This document shows, one piece after another, positions 57,463 through 64,000 of a stretch of 64,000 nt of DNA. Under the pieces are notes generated by a model. The model had not been told where the DNA came from. It searched no databases and saw only the letters and a program-made list of their open reading frames with translations. Location of the stretch: NCBI GenBank assembly GCA_051003195.1, contig JBPCLP010000053.1, positions 64,001 to 128,000 of the forward strand. Direction: 5' to 3'. Numbering within the stretch: the stretch's first letter is position 1; each line of letters starts with the position of its first letter. The position numbers were made by a program, and so were the translations under genes. This DNA is from Candidatus Sumerlaeaceae bacterium. Its GTDB lineage: Bacteria; Sumerlaeota; Sumerlaeia; Sumerlaeales; Sumerlaeaceae.

Positions 57463-58512
57463 ATGATCACCATCCACCATCTGCTGGTTGAAGCGATTGA
57501 ACGTGGCGCGAGTGATCTGCATCTGACGCAGGGCGCGCCGCCGATTCTGCGCCTGGATGGCGACCTTGAACTGCTGGACCTGCCGACGCTCACCGCACCG
57601 GACAGCATGCGGATGATCTACTCACTGCTGAACGACACGCAGAAGGCGCAGTTTGAAGAGAAGTGGGAACTGGACCTCAGCCTTGAAATCGAGGACATTG
57701 GCCGCTTCCGCGTGAACGTGCACAAGCAGCGGGGAGCTGTGGAAGCGGCGTTCCGCGTGGTGAACGAGAACATCCGAAGCCTGCGCCAGCTCGGGCTGCC
57801 ACCCGTGGCAGAGGAGATCGCGCGAAAGACGAGCGGGCTGATCCTGGTGACCGGCCCAACGGGAAGCGGCAAAACGAGTACCCTGGCCGCAATGATCAAC
57901 CAGATCAATGACGAACAGCACAAGATGATCATCACGGTCGAGGATCCGATTGAGTATATCCACCGGAACAAAAAATCGATCGTGAAGCAGCGCGAGGTGA
58001 CCAGCGATACACACAGCTTCCAGGACGCACTTCGACACGTTCTAAGGCAGGACCCTGATGTGGTGGTGATTGGTGAAATGCGCGATCTGGAAACGATCAG
58101 CACGGCGCTGACCGCCGCGGAAACGGGTCACCTGGTTTTTGCGACGATCCACACGCCGGATGCGGTGCAAACGGTTGATCGTATTATCGACGTGTTTCCA
58201 CCCTATCAGCAGACGCAGGTGCGGATCCAGCTGGCGAATACGATCCAGGCCATTGTTGCGCAACAGTTGCTTCCGGTGCCGGGCGGGCGCGGGCGCGTCC
58301 CGGCTGTCGAGATCCTGCTGGCGACTGTGGGTGCGCGAAATATTATTCGCAACGCCAAGACCGAGCAGCTGAACACATTGCTGCAGACGAATTATGACCT
58401 GGGCATGGTCACGATGGACAAGTCATTGAAGAGCCTGTATCAGCAGGGTCTCATCAGTTATGAAGATGCGGTGACGCGGTGCAAGTTCCCGGAGTCGTTT
58501 GAATCGATTTAA
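57463..58512 (+). CDS. pilT: Second PilT-family retraction ATPase
   Basis: ASDLHL, GPTGSGKTST, LRQDPDVVVIGEMRDLET, AETGHLVFATIHT. Confidence 0.92.
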   Translation: MITIHHLLVEAIERGASDLHLTQGAPPILRLDGDLELLDLPTLTAPDSMRMIYSLLNDTQKAQFEEKWELDLSLEIEDIGRFRVNVHKQRGAVEAAFRVVNENIRSLRQLGLPPVAEEIARKTSGLILVTGPTGSGKTSTLAAMINQINDEQHKMIITVEDPIEYIHRNKKSIVKQREVTSDTHSFQDALRHVLRQDPDVVVIGEMRDLETISTALTAAETGHLVFATIHTPDAVQTVDRIIDVFPPYQQTQVRIQLANTIQAIVAQQLLPVPGGRGRVPAVEILLATVGARNIIRNAKTEQLNTLLQTNYDLGMVTMDKSLKSLYQQGLISYEDAVTRCKFPESFESI

Positions 58513-58547
58513 CTGAATCTTTGATCTTTTTAGCCGCGGGAATCTGA

Positions 58548-59369
58548 TTAATCTTTAGGCTTCTCGTCGGCCGAAGAGGGCGCCTGTGGCCGGGCTGCGG
58601 TCGTCGCTGCATCCGATGCTCCGGAGGCTCGTTGCTGTGCCGCCTTCTTTTCCTGCTCTTCCATGGCCTTCATCTGCGTTGTGGCATCGATTACCTGCAC
58701 ACCGGCAGCCGGCGTAAACTTAAATTCGCTCTCATCCAGCTTTGGGTTAATTTCGACGTTCGTGTACACGGTGGTGCCCACTGAGGCGCCCACGGTTTCA
58801 ATGGTTTTACGAGGAAGGCCGTCTTTCGCGGAGATCCACGCTTCCATTTTGCGCTGCACGGGTTTGCCCTGTGGCAGAAACTGCGTACTCGTCGTTCCTT
58901 CAAAATGGTAAACAGGTTCACCGGCAATGTCGCCTTTGCCCTGGAATTTCAGGCTCGCAGGTTCAAGTAGGGTAACAGGGTTCAGGTCGGTGACGGGCTT
59001 GCGCAGCATGGGCTGCATTTCCGGCCCGGGCGTGTGCTTATACGCTTTCTTTTCGGCCGGGTAGAACTGGTAGAAATTCGTGAAGTCGCAGATGAATTCG
59101 TAGTCGGAGCCTTCCGAACTGCTGCGGATGTGCCAGCCATAATCTTTGGATGCTGACAACGAGGACGTCGTAACCTGCTCCTGCGGCCCTTGCTTGTCCC
59201 GCACTTCCAGATTAGCGCGGAAGGAGTTCACTTTGTCGCTAAGCGCTTTTACTTCTCCCAGCGCGCGCAAAGTTTCGGGGCTGGCCTCGGCAACTGCGGC
59301 ACCGGGAACTAACAAAAGCGACAGGCTTACGCTAAGTAATGCGGCTGGAACACGGAACAGGCGGAACAT
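58548..59369 (-). CDS. LolA-like periplasmic protein
   Basis: Signal peptide; WISAKDGLP, NVEINPKLDESEFKFTPAAGVQVID. Confidence 0.7.
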   Translation of the reverse strand: MFRLFRVPAALLSVSLSLLLVPGAAVAEASPETLRALGEVKALSDKVNSFRANLEVRDKQGPQEQVTTSSLSASKDYGWHIRSSSEGSDYEFICDFTNFYQFYPAEKKAYKHTPGPEMQPMLRKPVTDLNPVTLLEPASLKFQGKGDIAGEPVYHFEGTTSTQFLPQGKPVQRKMEAWISAKDGLPRKTIETVGASVGTTVYTNVEINPKLDESEFKFTPAAGVQVIDATTQMKAMEEQEKKAAQQRASGASDAATTAARPQAPSSADEKPKD

Positions 59370-59448
59370 TTTTGGTCCTCTTTGGCTTCAGATAAGAGCA
59401 ATTGGCAGTCCGCTCGGCGGCAGGCTCAATTGTTTTCGACGGGTGCAG

Positions 59449-59811
59449 CTACTGCGGGTGTTTGCTGCAGATGAGCGTGTTTTCTTTGGTGAAGCCATAG
59501 CTTCCGCCCTCGGGGCAGGTCGCGACGGAATAGCCGGCCTTCTGCATATTCTCGGTAGTGACGGGGGTTTGCGGGTAGTTCATCTTAAACATCTCGATGG
59601 AGGTGCGCAACGCCTGGCGATTTGCGAGGCAGGCGGCATCCTGGCTTTTGCTCATGCTGCGCTCGTAAGTGCTCTGGCTGTCGCCTTTGGGGTTGTTGCC
59701 GCGGCTGAAATAGCTGCCCGCCAGGATCGCAACCACGACGAGCACCACCAGCAGCTCGAGCAGCACAAAACCCGATCTACCGATCTGACGTATGTGCGAT
59801 GTGTGTTTCAT
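59449..59811 (-). CDS. Small pilin/pseudopilin
   Basis: G|FVLLELLVVLVVVAILA; ACLAN...CPEGGSY...CSKH. Confidence 0.75.
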   Translation of the reverse strand: MKHTSHIRQIGRSGFVLLELLVVLVVVAILAGSYFSRGNNPKGDSQSTYERSMSKSQDAACLANRQALRTSIEMFKMNYPQTPVTTENMQKAGYSVATCPEGGSYGFTKENTLICSKHPQ

Positions 59812-59947
59812 TGCTTCATTTATATAGCACCGGGTAAGGGTTCGTATTGTCAAGGAAGGGCGTTCGTACGTGGCAGGGCTCTGCGGTAGACGGTTTTTCG
59901 GCAAATGAACTGCGGGTAACGATGTAGTGCCCATTCGCTGCGAGGGA

Positions 59948-60024
<77 letters not shown>

Positions 60025-60026
60025 CT

Positions 60027-60088
60027 TTCGAATGCGGAATTCTGATTTCGGAATTCGGAATGCTGCGGATTCAGAATTTGGAATCGCT
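60027..60088. repeat. Degenerate heptamer repeats downstream of tRNA-Ile
   Basis: tcgaatg cggaatt ctgattt cggaatt cggaatg ... cagaatt tggaatc. Confidence 0.65.
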
Positions 60089-60171
60089 TCGCCTGGTCCG
60101 CTCTGGCGGCTTTGCTCATAGCCACGAATTCGGTTGCCGTTCGGCGGTGCGGGTTCCTGCTGTTGCAGGTT

Positions 60172-61458
60172 ATGCGTGCAGGGAACTTTACCCACATTGT
60201 CTGGGGCAATCTGCTGGAGCGAAAAGGGCGAACGCTCTCCGCGATTCTCGTAATTGCGTTCACGGTTGCCGTGGTGCTGGCGGTCGCCGCGCTGTGCAAC
60301 GGGTTCCTGCGCGGAGTGGTGCGCAAGGCGGCGGAGGTGTTTCCGCCTTCTGTGCTCATGGTTAAGCCAAAGACACTGAATGTCGCGATGCTCAGTTTTA
60401 ACGCCGCTTTTATCGACAAGCAGGTGATTGAAAAGGTGCGCGGATTACCTGGGGTTGCGTCGGCCTCGGCACAGCTGAGCATGAAAATGCCGCTGAGCAT
60501 GGAAGTGGAGATCTACGGACAGCACGCCGAAACGGACGGTGTGGTGGTCGGCGTAGACCCGGAAACCGTGGAGTCGGAAGTCGATCCGCATTTTACGTTC
60601 GAATACGACGAGCAAAGCACGGAACCTGTGCCGGCGGTGATGCCGAAATTCCTGCTGGATATGTACAACCTGGCTTATGCCGACAGCGTCGGTTTGCCCA
60701 AAATAAATGAGAACTTTCTGCTCGGTAAAGATTTTCTGCTGCATATCGGCACGACAATTTTCATGGGCGGGGGCAGCCAGAACAAGACAGCGGATGTGCG
60801 TTGCAAAGTGGTCGGGCTGAGCTCGAAACCAAGCCTTGTAGCGGGAATCTACATTCCGCTGCGGCACGCCGAGGAGCTGAACAAGTGGTACACCGGCAAG
60901 GATACGGAAAACTATACGGCGCTGCACGTGACGGTGAAGGACCTTGACCGCCTGGACGAAGTGACAAGCGCCATCCAGCAAATGAACCTGCAGGTGGAAG
61001 GAAACAAGGAAACGTATGAGACCATCCGGTTTACGACGCGCGCAGCAGGGGTGGTGATCGCCTTGTTCGCCGCGGTGATTGTGATCATCGCCATTGTAAG
61101 TATCGTAAACATGTTCGGTCTGATCATGCTGCAGCGGAGTGGCGAAGCTGCCCTGATGCAGGCGGTCGGCGGGACCCGAAGACTGATTTCCGGCTTATAT
61201 GCAGCGGAGACTTTCGTGCTGGGGCTGGCAGGCGGAGTGATCGGCGTGGCGATTACGCTGCCGGTATTACGCTATCTCGATCATCGAGTGCTCAGCAGCC
61301 TTCCGCGACTGCCCTTCCTGCCCGGCAGTCTGTTCGCCGCGTCGGGCTGGCTTGTGGCGGCATGTATTGCTGGCGCAGCCGCTTTCAGTGTTCTCGCGGT
61401 GCTTCCAACCACAGTTAAAACCGTCAAACGTTCGAGGATCGCGGAAGAAGCAGCGTGA
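60172..61458 (+). CDS. ABC transporter permease (MacB/FtsX family)
   Basis: NLLERKGRT + TM, periplasmic domain, three C-terminal TMs with QRSGEAALMQAVG. Confidence 0.8.
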   Translation: MRAGNFTHIVWGNLLERKGRTLSAILVIAFTVAVVLAVAALCNGFLRGVVRKAAEVFPPSVLMVKPKTLNVAMLSFNAAFIDKQVIEKVRGLPGVASASAQLSMKMPLSMEVEIYGQHAETDGVVVGVDPETVESEVDPHFTFEYDEQSTEPVPAVMPKFLLDMYNLAYADSVGLPKINENFLLGKDFLLHIGTTIFMGGGSQNKTADVRCKVVGLSSKPSLVAGIYIPLRHAEELNKWYTGKDTENYTALHVTVKDLDRLDEVTSAIQQMNLQVEGNKETYETIRFTTRAAGVVIALFAAVIVIIAIVSIVNMFGLIMLQRSGEAALMQAVGGTRRLISGLYAAETFVLGLAGGVIGVAITLPVLRYLDHRVLSSLPRLPFLPGSLFAASGWLVAACIAGAAAFSVLAVLPTTVKTVKRSRIAEEAA

Positions 61459-61625
61459 AGTCGCCGTTTTGTGGTCCTATTCTTTCGGACATCTCCGTCT
61501 GGCAGATAGGACTTGATCGGAAAGTGCGTTTCGGTTCAGGTGCAGTTGGCCTGATCTGGATTCTAAATTAACCCGTACGTCTTACGTTCCGCTCCGGGCC
61601 CGCCGAAACTATTGGAGGGTTTATC

Positions 61626-62285
61626 ATGGTATACCGATATCCTAAGCTGAGGTTGCGTAGCGGCTTTACGCTTATTGAGCTGCTTATCGTAGTGGCGATT
61701 ATCGCCATCCTCGCGGCGATTGCAGTACCGAACTTTCTCGAGGCACAAACGCGTTCTAAAGTCAGTCGCGTAAAAGCTGACGAGCGTTCTTTTGCGACAG
61801 CAATGGAGGCTTATACGGTTGATCACAATAAGTGCTCGCCTACCTTTAATAATAATTCGATTGTTCTGCCCTGGGGGGACACTGGAGATGCGGCGTCACC
61901 TGATAAGCGAATCAATCGGTGGCACTGGCTAACGACCCCGATCGCCTACTTGACCTCGCCTTACCAGGACGCTTTCGCCCAGCCGAACGTTGAGCCAAAT
62001 CTCCGTTTTTTGATCATTCAAAGTCCACCGGGACTTGCCGAGGTCACAAACCCCGCAGAAGCTCCGTACAGCGGAAGCATTGGAAAACCGTCTGTACTGT
62101 GGCGTGAGTCGGCACAGGCAAAAATTGGTGATCCATTCTGGGTCATCTACAGCGCGGGTCCTGACAAAGACCTCGACCGGTTGGATCCGGAATATACCAG
62201 CACTTTACCCGGATTTGGAATTCAGGAATACGATTCCACAAACGGCACCGTCAGCGACGGCGACATTATCCGTTTCAGACAGTAA
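61626..62285 (+). CDS. Prepilin-type N-terminal methylation domain protein (paralogue of 3112-3918)
   Basis: GGAGG RBS; G|FTLIELLIVVAIIAILAAIAVPNFLEAQTRSKVS; LTTPIAY; SAGPD; YDSTNGTVSDGDIIR. Confidence 0.9.
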   Translation: MVYRYPKLRLRSGFTLIELLIVVAIIAILAAIAVPNFLEAQTRSKVSRVKADERSFATAMEAYTVDHNKCSPTFNNNSIVLPWGDTGDAASPDKRINRWHWLTTPIAYLTSPYQDAFAQPNVEPNLRFLIIQSPPGLAEVTNPAEAPYSGSIGKPSVLWRESAQAKIGDPFWVIYSAGPDKDLDRLDPEYTSTLPGFGIQEYDSTNGTVSDGDIIRFRQ

Positions 62286-62306
62286 TTATACAGGAAGCCG
62301 TTCGAC

Positions 62307-62340
62307 GTCCCTGTTAGTTCGCCAGCGGGGACTTTCTTTT
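62307..62340 (+). terminator. Possible intrinsic terminator
   Basis: gtccctg...cagcgggac stem followed by tttctttt. Confidence 0.4.
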
Positions 62341-62438
62341 GACCGGCAATTACCTGCGATTGAACGAGCTGCTTTTCAGTAATGGTTCACATGAACGCGC
62401 CGCATTGCAGTCGTGGCTACTACAGATCAGGAGTTTAG

Positions 62439-64000
62439 ATGTCCGCTTCGGTTGACGCTTACCAGCTTCACGTAATCTCGCACACGCATTGGGATCGCGA
62501 GTGGTACTTCTCGCATGAGAATTTCCGTCTGCGGCTGGTGGACCTGCTCGATCACCTGATTGGAATCATGGAGTCTGACCCGGAGTTTAAGTTCTTTCAG
62601 CTCGATGGGCAGACGATCGTGCTGGAGGACTACCTCGAGATTCGGCCGGCGATGCGCGAGCGCCTGCAGAAGCTGATCTCGGATGGGCGCATTCTGATCG
62701 GTCCATGGTACCTGCAGAATGACGAGTATCTGACCGATGGCGAGAGCACGATCCGCAACCTGCTGATTGGATTTCGCCAATGCCGCCGCGACTGGGGCGT
62801 CGAGCCGATGATGGTTGGCTACATTCCCGACCAATTCGGCAACATATCGCAGATGCCGCAAATTCTGCAAGGTTTCGAAATACCCTACGCAGTTTACGGT
62901 CGGGGCTCCGAGGGGCCGAACAAGAAGCCGGAATTCACGTGGCGTTCGCCGGACGGCAGCGAGGTATTTGCCGTGCACCTGTTCCAGTGGTACAACAATG
63001 CGCAGCGGTTGCCGCGCAACCCTGAGCACGCGGTACAGATGTGTCGCGAGATCGTGACGGCGCAACGTGATCGCGCGCAGACGGGTCACCTGTTGCTGAT
63101 GAACGGCGTGGATCACCTCGAAGCGCAGGAAAACCTCGGCGACGTAATTACCGAGACCAACGCGATCGCTGACGGATTTGAACTCATCCACGATACGCTA
63201 CCTCATTACCTGGAAATCGTGCGGGCAGAATTGCCAAACCCGGCAGTGCACGAAGGCGAAATGCGGGCGGGCGACGAGGGAGCCGTGCTGAGCGGAACGG
63301 CGAGCAGCCGTGTCCACCTGAAGCTGGCAAATTTCGCGTGTCAGCAGACGCTGCGGCGATGGGTTGAGCCGTTCGCGGTGTTCGCCCGGGCATGCGGGAG
63401 CGACTACGCGTGTGAGGATGTGCTGGATTATGCATGGAAAACGCTGATTCAGAACCATCCGCACGACTCAATCTGCGGCTGCTCGATTGATGAGGTTCAT
63501 TTCCAGATGGAGGCGCGGTTCCGTCGCGTGCAGGATGTCATGGCCGACCAGTTGCGCCGCAGTTTCCGCTACCTGACAGCCGCGGTTGATGCAGGCGACC
63601 GCGATCCGCACAGCGTGGTAAACGTCTTTAATGCGCATCCGTGGATGCAGAGCGGTGTGATTGAAAGCACGCTGGATCTCGGCGAACGCGAGTCATCCCT
63701 AGCGGATTTTCATCTCATTGATGCGGCGGGAAACCCGGTGGAGTTTGTGATCCTGGACGCGCAGCGTCTCGCGATGCGGGTGGTGAATCCGAAGCGACTG
63801 CCCAAGCAACTGGCGGTGGTACGCTACCGCGTACTAATCGAGGCGCGGGACGTGCCAGGCGTCGGGTACAAGGCGCTTTTCCTCATGCAAAAGAAGAAGC
63901 GAGCAGGCAAGGGAGTTCAGTATACAAAACTCAAACCTGCAAATGTGGGCGACGAGGACGCAGGGACTGCGGCTTCGGATGAATTAACCATACGTATGAC
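62439..64000 (+). CDS. Glycoside hydrolase family 38 (alpha-mannosidase-like), runs off window end
   Basis: Not in ORF track. AGGAG RBS; MSASVDAYQLHVISHTHWDREWY, LDGQT, IGPWY, PDQFG, MNGVDH, QNHPHDSICGCSIDEVH. Confidence 0.92.
   Translation, partial: MSASVDAYQLHVISHTHWDREWYFSHENFRLRLVDLLDHLIGIMESDPEFKFFQLDGQTIVLEDYLEIRPAMRERLQKLISDGRILIGPWYLQNDEYLTDGESTIRNLLIGFRQCRRDWGVEPMMVGYIPDQFGNISQMPQILQGFEIPYAVYGRGSEGPNKKPEFTWRSPDGSEVFAVHLFQWYNNAQRLPRNPEHAVQMCREIVTAQRDRAQTGHLLLMNGVDHLEAQENLGDVITETNAIADGFELIHDTLPHYLEIVRAELPNPAVHEGEMRAGDEGAVLSGTASSRVHLKLANFACQQTLRRWVEPFAVFARACGSDYACEDVLDYAWKTLIQNHPHDSICGCSIDEVHFQMEARFRRVQDVMADQLRRSFRYLTAAVDAGDRDPHSVVNVFNAHPWMQSGVIESTLDLGERESSLADFHLIDAAGNPVEFVILDAQRLAMRVVNPKRLPKQLAVVRYRVLIEARDVPGVGYKALFLMQKKKRAGKGVQYTKLKPANVGDEDAGTAASDELTIRM

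Overview
A 64-kb GC-rich bacterial chromosomal window, probably Candidatus Sumerlaeota (BRC1). That assignment is an inference from two prepilin-like paralogues (GFTLxELLIV...PNFxEAQTRSKVS start, YDxTNGxVSxGxI end) and a secreted protein ending in VRDWELFE. The backbone is housekeeping and envelope genes: two pilT, pilB/gspE, dapL, a DEAD-box helicase, cobA-hemD, ubiX, coaBC, RNase D, signalling proteins, a partial GH38 glycosidase, and tRNA-Pro(CGG), tRNA-Tyr(GTA) and tRNA-Ile(GAT). Three accessory patches hold the unusual signals. (1) At 12.06-13.92 kb, toxin-antitoxin genes are stacked behind tRNA-Pro and separated by degenerate tRNA-Pro 3' fragments, with no integrase in the window. (2) A ~410-bp non-coding element with hairpins, a boxA-like motif and a CTTGAA array occurs twice in inverted orientation (7417-7823 and 49316-49728). 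(3) At 45.7-50.4 kb, a REP-flanked RAYT transposase is split at its catalytic Tyr position by a ~99-bp CTAG-ended MITE present five times in the window; a second, internally deleted RAYT and an orphan toxin-tip/immunity pair lie next to it. No CRISPR array, integrase, reverse transcriptase or rRNA was seen. All family calls come from motif recognition by eye; no searches were run.
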